DNA from: Acidobacteriota bacterium
GTDB lineage: Bacteria > Acidobacteriota > Terriglobia > Acidiferrales > UBA7541
NCBI GenBank assembly: GCA_003224515.1
Contig: QHZC01000053.1
Coordinates: forward strand, 1 to 40,986
Direction: 5' to 3'
DNA length: 40,986 bases
Shown piece after piece: positions 19,279-28,574 of this stretch; the stretch's first letter is position 1; every line of letters starts with the position of its first letter. A model generated the notes under the pieces. That model had not been told where the DNA came from and ran no database searches. It was given only the letters and a program-made list of their open reading frames with translations. The position numbers and the translations under genes are program-made.

Positions 19279-20193
19279 CTACCCTGATGAAGGCGTTACT
19301 GTGCGCGATTGAGGAGAAGTCCGGTTGCCTGTGAGTAGTTTCCTTAATCGCTGCATTTGCTCGCGTCTGCGAAACGCCACCAATTCGCCGGAGATCGGTC
19401 TCTCAACGCGCCGGACCCACGCCCACAGATAGCCGATCGCCATGATCAGCCCCCCGATGATGAAAGGCCGTTTGCTCATTTGATAGACCGCTCTGAACAG
19501 CTCCCACACTGCATGGCCTCCCAGAGCGTAGTCGAGACAACCAACTGTGAATCTGGCCATCAAGGGACTGCGCTGGGCGGTCCCGGCTGGCCGATGGTGC
19601 AGACATTCTTTATCTGTGAACGTCCTTGTCTTCCAACCCTTCATTCTTGCCGTGAGGAACGCAACATGATCTACTCCACCGCCTTTCAGTGGCAAATATC
19701 CGCCGATCTCTGCGAAGCACTCCCGCCGAAAGAGTTGGCATGCACCGGACACATCCTCGATGTTAACGAAGCGATAGTCGTGTGAGTAGTTCCCCTGGCG
19801 ATAGGGCGTGCCTGCCACTCCCAACTTGGGATTCTCGGCAAACTTACGCAAGAGGAACGCAAAATAGTCTTCGTCATCGAAGGAAACGTCGGCGTCCAGG
19901 TTACCGATGATGTCGTACTGCAGATCCTTCATCTTCGAGTAGCCCGCGTTGAAGGCATGAACCTTGCCCGCGAAATGCCGTTCGCTACGCTCGGGAACGC
20001 GCACCAATTCAATCCATGGGTGCTCAAACTCATATTGGAGGACGATTTCGTCCGTTCCGTCGGTTGAACCGTCACTGACAATGATCCATTTGACGGGTCG
20101 GACCGACTGCGCAACGACGGACTTGATGGTCAGCTCGATGAATTCTGCCTCGTTCCGCGCGGGGGTTATAAGGGCGTAGGTAAGGAAGGTCAT
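19279..20193 (-). CDS. Glycosyltransferase family 2
   Basis: ITPARNE, IVSDGSTDGT, GKVHAFN and NLDAD. Confidence 0.92.
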   Translation of the reverse strand: MTFLTYALITPARNEAEFIELTIKSVVAQSVRPVKWIIVSDGSTDGTDEIVLQYEFEHPWIELVRVPERSERHFAGKVHAFNAGYSKMKDLQYDIIGNLDADVSFDDEDYFAFLLRKFAENPKLGVAGTPYRQGNYSHDYRFVNIEDVSGACQLFRRECFAEIGGYLPLKGGGVDHVAFLTARMKGWKTRTFTDKECLHHRPAGTAQRSPLMARFTVGCLDYALGGHAVWELFRAVYQMSKRPFIIGGLIMAIGYLWAWVRRVERPISGELVAFRRREQMQRLRKLLTGNRTSPQSRTVTPSSG

Positions 20194-20394
20194 GTCGAGG
20201 GTTATGCCTCAACCGGAGGTCAAGTTGCTGGTTTGAACCTCTCTCGCCGAGCTATCTGATTCGCGGAGGAGAGCGCGGAATCGCCAGAAACATCCATTTG
20301 AGACCGCCTACGCCCACAATCTCGGCGGGGCTGACTTTACTTGGTGCGACCAAGAGCCTGCCAAAGCGCTGTGGGCGGGATTCTCTCTGAAGGT

Positions 20395-21633
20395 TTATCC
20401 GTTCAGGATTGTCGTCTCGGAGAGATATGGCCCCTCGGTCGCGCAGTCTCCGGAATCCGACAAGCCTCCGACCAGGTTCAAATATCGCTGTTTCATTACG
20501 TCCCAGCGTATGGGGGTGTACTCCTCTTTAGCCCTCGCCGCCAGGCGGGCGCACAGCGAGCGATCCCCGTAGAGGCGGATCATCTGCTGTGCCAAGTCCG
20601 CCGGATCGTTCGGGTCAAAATAGGCGAGAGCCTCCTCACTAAAGTAGTAACGTATCGTCTTTACCCGCGACATGAGAACCGGCTTGCCCATAATTACAAA
20701 TTCAGGCAGCTTGTTAGGAAAGGCGAAGTCAAAGAATACACCGCCGCGGAGCGGCAGAATTCCGACATCGCATTTGTTCAACCACGCGGGAATTTCGGCT
20801 GATGGGACTAGCTCGAACAGCTTTACCTTCGCAGTTAAGCCGTATTCATGCACCAGGCGCGCCAACGGGTCCTGCTCGGACTTCGAAACCGTCGCCCCCA
20901 GTATCCATAATTCGGCTCCGGGCATCTCCGCCTGGGCCATGCCGAAAGCCTTGATAGCAATATCCAGCCCATAGATTTGGGTGAGGGTGCCATGGTACAT
21001 GATCACGAACGAATCGGAATGTCCTTTGGCGCCTGGCCCCGGCCCTATCGATGCGAATCGTTCTTCGCTGGCAGAGTTCATGACCACGATGGATTTTGAG
21101 GGAGACAACCCGCGGCGAACCAGAAGATCGCAGATAGGCTCATTGATTGTGATTACGTGATCCGCGTATTGGAAGCTTATCTTTTCCAGGTATTTGACCA
21201 AACGAATCAACCAGGAGTTCTCGCTGGTTCTGTATTTGGAGATGTAAAACTCCGGTGTGATTTCGTGCATGTCCAAGATCAGTTTGGCACCCATCCATCT
21301 AGCTGGAGCCGCAGCAAAGATCAGGAAGTCCGGCAGCGTGTTTACGTCAATCACGGCATAGCGCCTCTGCCTCATTTGCAGAAAGACGCGAACGAAAGCC
21401 CAGAAAAAGAATGCGGTGTACTCAAAGAAATACCGGAACAAAGATCCGCGCTTCTTGGCAAGCGAAATAGTGCGAACCTTTACTCCGTTCAGGGTGTAGG
21501 TCTTTCTTCCGTTCGGAGTGGCCAACGCCAGGGCGTCAACGGAATAGCCCGCCGCCGCCAGGGCTTCGGCTTTTCGCCTCACTCGAGCGTCGAACTCATA
21601 GAAGCTTTGAGTCAGAATGCAGATAGATCTCAT
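20395..21633 (-). CDS. Glycosyltransferase family 4
   Basis: DARVRRKAEAL, ILDMHE, YHGTL, PNKLPEF..GKPV. The likely start is the ATG at 21633 (MRSICIL), just past the upstream stop, rather than 21717. Confidence 0.9.
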   Translation of the reverse strand: MRSICILTQSFYEFDARVRRKAEALAAAGYSVDALALATPNGRKTYTLNGVKVRTISLAKKRGSLFRYFFEYTAFFFWAFVRVFLQMRQRRYAVIDVNTLPDFLIFAAAPARWMGAKLILDMHEITPEFYISKYRTSENSWLIRLVKYLEKISFQYADHVITINEPICDLLVRRGLSPSKSIVVMNSASEERFASIGPGPGAKGHSDSFVIMYHGTLTQIYGLDIAIKAFGMAQAEMPGAELWILGATVSKSEQDPLARLVHEYGLTAKVKLFELVPSAEIPAWLNKCDVGILPLRGGVFFDFAFPNKLPEFVIMGKPVLMSRVKTIRYYFSEEALAYFDPNDPADLAQQMIRLYGDRSLCARLAARAKEEYTPIRWDVMKQRYLNLVGGLSDSGDCATEGPYLSETTILNG

Positions 21634-21637
21634 AAGA

Positions 21638-23347
21638 TCAGTTTTGGATAGCAGATTCGACTGGAACTTGAAAGACAGGGTTGAGGAGCGAGTCGAATTC
21701 GACGACGTCCCCTGCATGACAGGGGATGTCGATGAAAGTATGCTTCATATCGCCGGTGAGTCGTTTATTGCTCCCTGGAAGGGATGGACGGTAAACCCTC
21801 AGGCACAACGACGGCAGTGCCATTTCGGCTTCGTCAGGAAAGATGCTTCGCACTCCGCAGGCATCCCCGGTGCGCTCGAAACGCACGTGGCGGCGCTTTC
21901 GAAACCAACCGACCGCCTGCCCGGTCGTGGCGAACCATCCCCCCGAGGATTTCAGGGTTTGGACGAGCCGGATGTAAAAGTCGCCCCAGAACCGCTCTGG
22001 TGCATGACTTCGGTCATGCCAGAGAACCGTTAGCACGCCACCAAACCGCCGGGCGTGGTCCATCAACTTTCCACAGCTTTTTTCTGCTTCGGGCTCGGTT
22101 AGATTGAGTCTCTGAGGATAAAACAATGCTCCATCCTGGATGTGTAGCGGAAGCTCCATTAGCGCCTTTGCGCCGAGCGGACGGAATACCTGGGTCGTTC
22201 CATTGCGGTATCCGATAGTTTCGTTGTACCCGAGCGTGCAATCGTAGGCGTAACCGCTTTCCTCTAGCGTGGAAGCCGTGCCAGCGTCGTGCAGCAACCA
22301 GTGCATCCGGATTCCGATGGAGGACTCGCCCGTAGTGGCCGCAATCCGTGCCAGTTCGGCGTGGCCTTTCTCGACGCTATGCCAGGCGTCAATTCCATGA
22401 ACCCCTAGCTCACAACCCTCGCGTTTGAGAGTTGCCGTCCAATCTGCTAGGTCCCCCACGTCATACGCGGTCGCACGCCGGTCCGCGTGGGGGCCAGGGA
22501 CGCGTTCGCCAGCGCGTCGCTTGAACGGGATCAAAAAGTATGTTGCCGGCAGGCCCTTCTCGGCGTCCAAATACCAGCCAAAGGGTTCCCAGAAATCCTT
22601 CGCCCAGCCAAGGTGGACCAGCGGGAGCGATGCTGCCGCGCGCCAATTATCGAAAAGCCTCCTGATCGAAATTCTGCGCTCGAAAAGTTTTCGAACGGAA
22701 CCCAGCGTCGACCGGTAAAGAAATCCCCACATCGTGTGGTCGAATTTGTGGTCTCGAATCCCGACGAAATCGATGTCATGGGTTAGACAAACTGCAAAGC
22801 CATGGTCCGGAGGAGCGGGGGGGACCTCCAAGACCGGAATGCCTTCGCTCAAGATCCAGTTCCTCAGCATGCTGATGTGAATGTCCAGCGTAGGGATATG
22901 TGCCTGGTCGATGGGCTGCCCGCCCGAGAACAGGAGTTGAGCTTCTTGAAATAAATCGTATCCGAGCCGCAGCAGCACAGCTCCGCCAGCTGTCGGCGCA
23001 ATGCGAAGACCAGCTATTCCGACTGGTGCGGCGACACACGGAATACCGCTGCTTCCTGGTGCGAATACTGCCAACCGGCCATAGATGGGCAGGGCGAGGT
23101 TCGGACAGTCCAGCAACCCGCCTCCGTGCCGCGAACGCACGGTGATTCCGTTGCTTAGGTCAACGCTCTTGGCTTCAGACCCGTACACGATGAGCAATGT
23201 AGCGCTAACTTCCGGGATAGCATCTGCTGTGGCAACAACGACATCGTACGTTTGACCTTCCCTGTAGAATTCCCAAGGCACCTTGAAGAGCTCAAAGAAC
23301 TCCTCCACAGCAGCTTTCTGGCTCGGTTTGGGTATGACTCCGATCAC
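21638..23347 (-). CDS. Polysaccharide deacetylase-like protein with N-terminal extension
   Basis: CLTHDID, ELGVHG, GIRMHWL, YDCTLGY, ELPLHIQD and VLWH. Confidence 0.8.
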   Translation of the reverse strand: MIGVIPKPSQKAAVEEFFELFKVPWEFYREGQTYDVVVATADAIPEVSATLLIVYGSEAKSVDLSNGITVRSRHGGGLLDCPNLALPIYGRLAVFAPGSSGIPCVAAPVGIAGLRIAPTAGGAVLLRLGYDLFQEAQLLFSGGQPIDQAHIPTLDIHISMLRNWILSEGIPVLEVPPAPPDHGFAVCLTHDIDFVGIRDHKFDHTMWGFLYRSTLGSVRKLFERRISIRRLFDNWRAAASLPLVHLGWAKDFWEPFGWYLDAEKGLPATYFLIPFKRRAGERVPGPHADRRATAYDVGDLADWTATLKREGCELGVHGIDAWHSVEKGHAELARIAATTGESSIGIRMHWLLHDAGTASTLEESGYAYDCTLGYNETIGYRNGTTQVFRPLGAKALMELPLHIQDGALFYPQRLNLTEPEAEKSCGKLMDHARRFGGVLTVLWHDRSHAPERFWGDFYIRLVQTLKSSGGWFATTGQAVGWFRKRRHVRFERTGDACGVRSIFPDEAEMALPSLCLRVYRPSLPGSNKRLTGDMKHTFIDIPCHAGDVVEFDSLLNPVFQVPVESAIQN

Positions 23348-23350
23348 GGA

Positions 23351-24544
23351 TCAACGCGACCAAGCGCCAACCTGCTTTGAGGCAGTCTGGCTGAAGGCGC
23401 TCTCGTTTGTTGGACTCGCGGCCATGAATTCGCGGATACATTCGACCACGTATCGGAGCTGCGGCTCGGTAAGCTCCGGGTGAATTGGGAGCGCCAGTGT
23501 CTCTTTGGCTGCCCGTTCGCTTTCGGGGAAGGCGCCGTTGCCATAGCCTAAGTAAGCAAAGCACTCCTGGAGGTGCATGGGAACCGGGTAATAGATTTCC
23601 GTACAGACGCCCCGCCTCTTCAGGACTGCCTGCAGTGGGTCACGGCGAGAGACCCGAATCACGTATTGATTGAAAATATGGCGATTGGTGAAAACGCGCG
23701 GCAAGCCGACGTGCGGCATCCCGTCCCGAACAGTCGTCAATCCGGCCTCGGAAAAAAGTTGGTCGTACTTCATGGCGTTGCGCTGCCGAGCTGCCGTCCA
23801 TTCATCCAGGTGCGGCAATTTGGCAGACACAATGGCCGCCTGGATGGAGTCGAGACGGAAATTCCCACCAACAATCTTGTGATGATATTTCGGCTTGGAA
23901 CCGTGAGAGCGCAGGCACCTCAGCTTTTCCGCGCGCTCCGCGTCGTTAGTGACAACCATCCCTCCGTCACCTGCGCCGCCGAGGTTTTTCGAAGGGAAAA
24001 AAGAGAAACATCCGTAGTGTCCGATTGAGCCCGCCCGCCGGCCCCGGCTCTCGGCACCGATGGCCTGGGCGGCATCCTCGATGACGAGCAGGCCATGTTT
24101 TTGAGCCAGACCCATCACAGCGTCCATGTCCGCCATCTGGCCGTAGAGATGGACGGGAATGATGCCGCGCGTCTTTGAGGTCAACTGAGATGGGATTTGC
24201 GACGCATCCAGGTCATAGGTCTCCGGATCGATGTCCACGAAGACCGGCGTAGCTCCCACCCGGGCAATCGCGCCGGCGGTCGCAAAGAAGGTGTACGGAG
24301 TGGTGATAACCTCATCTCCCGGCCCGATATTTTCGGCCATCAGACAGGCCAACAAGGCGTCACTGCCCGAGGAAACTCCAACGGCATGGGTGCAGCCGCA
24401 ATGGTGCGCGATCGCCTCCTCACACTGTTCCACCTTCGGTCCCAAGATGAACTGCTGGGACTCCATCACCGCGGCGATGGCAGCCTCAACCTCGCTTTTG
24501 ATCGTTGCGTACTGCGCCCTAAGATCAAGCAGCGGAACATGCAT
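23351..24544 (-). CDS. DegT/DnrJ/EryC1/StrS sugar aminotransferase (WbpE-like)
   Basis: VPLLDL, VSSGSDAL, PVHLYGQ, EDAAQA, FSFFPSKNLG (PLP lysine) and NFRLD. Confidence 0.95.
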   Translation of the reverse strand: MHVPLLDLRAQYATIKSEVEAAIAAVMESQQFILGPKVEQCEEAIAHHCGCTHAVGVSSGSDALLACLMAENIGPGDEVITTPYTFFATAGAIARVGATPVFVDIDPETYDLDASQIPSQLTSKTRGIIPVHLYGQMADMDAVMGLAQKHGLLVIEDAAQAIGAESRGRRAGSIGHYGCFSFFPSKNLGGAGDGGMVVTNDAERAEKLRCLRSHGSKPKYHHKIVGGNFRLDSIQAAIVSAKLPHLDEWTAARQRNAMKYDQLFSEAGLTTVRDGMPHVGLPRVFTNRHIFNQYVIRVSRRDPLQAVLKRRGVCTEIYYPVPMHLQECFAYLGYGNGAFPESERAAKETLALPIHPELTEPQLRYVVECIREFMAASPTNESAFSQTASKQVGAWSR

Positions 24545-26243
24545 ATTTGGCTTCCTCTTTCAGTTCTCTGTAGGACTTGGTGCTTCGGCTCAGTTCCGCC
24601 GGGAGCGGCGCTTCTTCATCTAGATCCAGGCAGTTGAGAACGCCCGGCGAACTTTCCCCATAGCGGTATCCGCTCTCCGGACACACCATCACTCCGTTGG
24701 AATCGGGCTGCCCAAGCCGGTGCCCATGGCGGCTCATCCATCCAACCCGATGAGCCGGATTTCCGACGACCAGCGCGTAGTCTGGGACGTTCTTGGTCAC
24801 CACGGAACCCGCTCCGACGAACGCGTAACGTCCAACGTTGACTCCGCAAACGATTGTGGCATTCGCACCAATCGTACAGCCGCGCTTCAAGCACGTGGTC
24901 TCGTACAAGGAGTGGCGGTTCACTTGCGACCTCGGATTCGAAACATTCGTCAGAACGCAGGAAGGTCCAAGAAACACATCATCTTCGATCACCACGCCGG
25001 TATAAACGGACACGCTGTTTTGAATCTTGACGTTGTTTCCCACGATTGTGCCGCCATCGACGTTCACGTTCTGGCCGATGACGCAGCGCTCGCCAATACG
25101 CGCACCTTTCATGATGTGGGAGAAGTGCCAGACCTTCGTGCCCGCGCCGACCACGGCGCCATCATCGACGTAGGCGGATTCGTGCGCGAAGTAAGGACTT
25201 TCTGGTTTGTCATTTTTGGTGTCGAAGGATCCCAAAGCAACTGCCCCGTTGTGCAGTGCACGCTGGCAAGCATCCAAAACGCGCAAAACTCTGAGGCCTT
25301 CGGCGCCGTCGCTTACGGGTGCAATTCTGGATTCCACGCAGTCCAGAAAATGCTGGCATTCGGCGTGCAGCGGTTCTCGATCGTCCAATGGGACATTTTC
25401 GCCGTTCGCCTTGACCGCCATCGGAACGCGATTCCGCCATTCGACTTTATGAGGATACAGGACGAGCTTGTGCTCGCCAGTATCATCGAAAACGGCCATC
25501 TTTTCCGATCCAACGACTACAAGGCGCTGTTCTTTGATCGGATGCAACCAGCTGACAAAAATGTGGGCCTGGACCCCACTTGGGAATTCAAAATGACTCA
25601 GCGTGACGTCGGTGATGTCGCGATTCAGATAGGCGCTACCCTGGCAGGTCACACGTGCGGGCATTTCGTTGAGCAGTGACAACAACACGGAGATGTCATG
25701 CGGAGCAAAACTCCAGAGAATATTCTCTTCAGTCCGTATTTTCCCGATGTTCAGGCGATTGGAGTACAGATAATTGAGCTTTCCTAAAACGCCGTCGTGG
25801 ATCAGCTTCTGCAATTTCAGGATTGCCGGGTGATACCTGAGAATATGTCCGACCATCAAGATTCGGCGCTTGGCGTCAGCGAGTTCCACGAGTTCCTCGC
25901 CGTGTTTTACGTCGATGGCCAGCGGCTTCTCGACGAGAACGTCCTTTCCAGCTTCGAGTGCCGCCTTGGCCATTTCATAGTGGGTAGTCGCAGGCGTGGC
26001 CAGCACCACGGCGTCGACAGAAGGATCAGAGAGAACCTCGGTAAACTCTGAACAGAATCTGACATGCTCATATTGATACTTACAGGCAGCTGCGGCGGTC
26101 CCTTCCACGTCGCAGAGGACCTCAAGGGCCCCAAGTTGATAGAAGTTCCGGACAAGATTTTTGCCCCAGTATCCAACGCCAACGACAGCTATCTTGGTCT
26201 TCGACTTTGTGAGCTCGGCACTCTTCATTTCTGCCCCTTCCAC
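24525..26243 (-). CDS. Fused Gfo/Idh/MocA dehydrogenase (WbpB-like) and left-handed beta-helix N-acetyltransferase (WbpD-like)
   Basis: N-terminal GVGYWG, VEKP and HD. C-terminal HESAYVD, KVWHFSHI, KIQNSVSVY, GPSCVLTN, GANATIVCG, VGNPA and a CPESG tail. Confidence 0.9.
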   Translation of the reverse strand: MEGAEMKSAELTKSKTKIAVVGVGYWGKNLVRNFYQLGALEVLCDVEGTAAAACKYQYEHVRFCSEFTEVLSDPSVDAVVLATPATTHYEMAKAALEAGKDVLVEKPLAIDVKHGEELVELADAKRRILMVGHILRYHPAILKLQKLIHDGVLGKLNYLYSNRLNIGKIRTEENILWSFAPHDISVLLSLLNEMPARVTCQGSAYLNRDITDVTLSHFEFPSGVQAHIFVSWLHPIKEQRLVVVGSEKMAVFDDTGEHKLVLYPHKVEWRNRVPMAVKANGENVPLDDREPLHAECQHFLDCVESRIAPVSDGAEGLRVLRVLDACQRALHNGAVALGSFDTKNDKPESPYFAHESAYVDDGAVVGAGTKVWHFSHIMKGARIGERCVIGQNVNVDGGTIVGNNVKIQNSVSVYTGVVIEDDVFLGPSCVLTNVSNPRSQVNRHSLYETTCLKRGCTIGANATIVCGVNVGRYAFVGAGSVVTKNVPDYALVVGNPAHRVGWMSRHGHRLGQPDSNGVMVCPESGYRYGESSPGVLNCLDLDEEAPLPAELSRSTKSYRELKEEAKYACSAA

Positions 26244-26251
26244 GTGAGGTT

Positions 26252-27316
26252 TCAGCTTCGGTCACCAATCAGCTCAACGCACCTGTCGGCGGCGGCCCCG
26301 TCACCGTATAGCGCCGGACGCGAATCGGGAGGCGCAAACGAATGCACGGCGTCGACAATTTTTACTGCATCGGAACCCACCAGGAGATTCCAACCAGCTT
26401 CGACGGTCTCTACCCATTCGGTTTCATTTCGCAGCGTCAGGCAGGGCGCGCCGAGCCAGTACGCCTCCTTCTGCAGCCCGCCCGAATCGGTCATAACCAG
26501 TCGCGCGGAGCCGACCAGTGCGACCATATCCAGATAGCCGACCGGTTCGAGCAGGCGGACATGCGGAGCCGCGTGGAAACCCCTTTCAGTGATGACCTTT
26601 CGCGTCCCCGGATGAACAGGGAAGACAACGGGTTCATTGACCGAGTTGAAAGCGTTCAAAATAGATGAGAGTTGTGCAAACTCGCTCGTGTTTTCGCGGC
26701 GGTGCACGGTCGCCAGCAAATACGCCTGCTTCTCCAGCCTAAGTCTGTCCAGAATCGCGGGTCGGTTTGCCGTCGCTGCGCGTTCCTTCGCCCAGTTCAG
26801 AACGTCCAGCATGACGTCTCCGACGAGATGGACGTTTTTCGAGATTCCTTCAGCGGCCAAGTTACTCACCGCTACATCGCTCGGACAAAGCAACAGTTCC
26901 GACAAATGATCCGCGACCACACGGTTAATCTCCTCGGGCATGCAACGATTGAAACTTCGCAGTCCGGCTTCAATGTGGGCCACGGGAATGGACAGTTTTG
27001 AGGCTGCCAGCGCGCCGGCCAAGGTGGAGTTCGTGTCGCCGTAGACAAGGACGAAGTCCGGCCGTTCGGCAAGCAATACGTCCTCGATGCCCTTGAGCAT
27101 TGCTCCGGTTTGAAACCCTTGTGAACCCGAGCCGACACCTAAGTCTCGATCGGGCCGCGGCAGCTCCAGTCCATCAAAGAAAATACCGGACATTTCATAG
27201 TCATAGTGCTGTCCGGTGTGCACCAGAATCTCCCGATGCCCCTTTCGTAATTTATGGCTTACGGCGGCTACCTTGATGAACTGAGGCCGCGCCCCGACGA
27301 TGGAAACAATTTTCAC
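26252..27316 (-). CDS. wecB: UDP-N-acetylglucosamine 2-epimerase, non-hydrolysing (WecB/WbpI-like)
   Basis: IVGARPQFIK, HTGQHYD, VYGDTNSTLA, HIEAGLRS, MPEEINR and TDSGGLQKEA. Likely GTG start at 27316. Confidence 0.93.
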   Translation of the reverse strand: MKIVSIVGARPQFIKVAAVSHKLRKGHREILVHTGQHYDYEMSGIFFDGLELPRPDRDLGVGSGSQGFQTGAMLKGIEDVLLAERPDFVLVYGDTNSTLAGALAASKLSIPVAHIEAGLRSFNRCMPEEINRVVADHLSELLLCPSDVAVSNLAAEGISKNVHLVGDVMLDVLNWAKERAATANRPAILDRLRLEKQAYLLATVHRRENTSEFAQLSSILNAFNSVNEPVVFPVHPGTRKVITERGFHAAPHVRLLEPVGYLDMVALVGSARLVMTDSGGLQKEAYWLGAPCLTLRNETEWVETVEAGWNLLVGSDAVKIVDAVHSFAPPDSRPALYGDGAAADRCVELIGDRS

Positions 27317-27521
27317 AGCTGCTCTCGCTACTCTATTCTGTGCGGCAGGGTCAGGGGTGCCAACTTCACGTTGGATCCTAAGAAGTGGGTATCGGGGGAT
27401 ACGGTCTAGACGATCCGCAAGTTCCGGTAGCCCCCAGCACGTTTTGGTTCGGCCCGCCGAACCGTCGGGGTACTCCACCATCCCTGCACTTAATTGGAAG
27501 ATCCTAGGGACAAATGCGGAC

Positions 27522-28296
27522 TCATTTTCCTAACAGAAATTGACTGCCGAGCGTCGCGACCAGCAGCGGGAGCTTAAACCCAGCGAGGCATAATGACCGA
27601 TGGATGGTGTACGGGATACCTTTTTCTCGTGCCAAGCTAAGCAGCGCTTCCCTTACTTCATGATTGCAGTCGTCCCTCTTGTCGGCAGCGATCTTCATAA
27701 AGTGTCCCTCAATGCGGACCCACCAGCCCCAATGTCCTTCCAGTGTGTCGTAGTAGGTTTCGTAGGACTCTTCTACAGAAAGCCGAGGGGAAGCAAAGGT
27801 CTTGGCGAAAAGTCGAAAGGCTGCTTCTCTGGTCAATTGTTCGCGCATTCGGGCTGAGTCCAATAGCAGTGCGGGGCCCATGTACTTCAAGAAGATCGGC
27901 GTGGTCTCGCGAATGAACTCCCGCCCGTTATTTCGCCCTATGAAAAAAAGATCCATTTCCGCCGTAGGCTTCAAGACCCGCGAGATTTCCCTGACTGCCG
28001 CCTCCAAATCAGTGGTCCAGTGAACCGCGAATATGCTGAACACGATTCCGCATTCTTTCGGCGGGATCAACACCAATGAAACGAATACCCGGTCGACCCT
28101 TGGACACCAGTTGCGACAACGCTCGCCCGGTGCCACAGCCCACATCAACAACAACCTGATATTCGTCCTTTAGCTTGAGTGAAGCCAGGGCCTTCTCGGC
28201 GGAGAGACCCCAACAGGAATGCTGGTTCAAGTCCTCGTCGTACGTCGCGGACAACCGAGAGTACGTCTCCACTATGGGGTTCAGGGTTTCCGGCAT
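27522..28296 (-). pseudogene. Class I SAM-dependent methyltransferase with internal deletion/frameshift and an aberrant C-terminus
   Basis: VDVGCGTG and GVDPAERM lie in one frame (from 28296). FSIFAVHW and EISRVLKP lie in another. The intervening motif region is missing at ~28050. Confidence 0.8.
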
Positions 28297-28307
28297 GGCT
28301 GTGGTTC

Positions 28308-28574
28308 CTACTCGTGGTTTCTCATCACGATTCTGGACAAGCCTCTCACCACGGAGAATTCCTCAGGGTCGACATCGGTCAATTCCACCTTGAAGCCATT
28401 GTGGCTTTCGATAAACACGATCAGGTCGATAAAGCCAAATGAATCCAGTAGACCGCTCTTCAAGAGGTCAGTTTCCCTGTTGATCGCCACAGGGGTGGAG
28501 CCATTGGTTTGCTTGTTCTCTCGGACCCAATTGATGATCAGATCGGCCAGCTCATCCTCTGATTGTGGTCTCAT
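28308..28574 (-). CDS. Acyl/aminoacyl carrier protein (DltC-like)
   Basis: 88 aa, acidic, with DLLKSGLLDSFG carrying the phosphopantetheine Ser. Overlaps the adenylation gene. Confidence 0.9.
   Translation of the reverse strand: MRPQSEDELADLIINWVRENKQTNGSTPVAINRETDLLKSGLLDSFGFIDLIVFIESHNGFKVELTDVDPEEFSVVRGLSRIVMRNHE

Noticed and set aside
24720-25679. 319-aa antisense ORF
   Set aside because: Mirror of the hexapeptide-repeat gene with no independent evidence.
27317-27481. N-terminal extension of wecB in the ORF track
   Set aside because: Family similarity starts at VKIVSIVGARP (GTG 27316); the extension is more likely a remnant.
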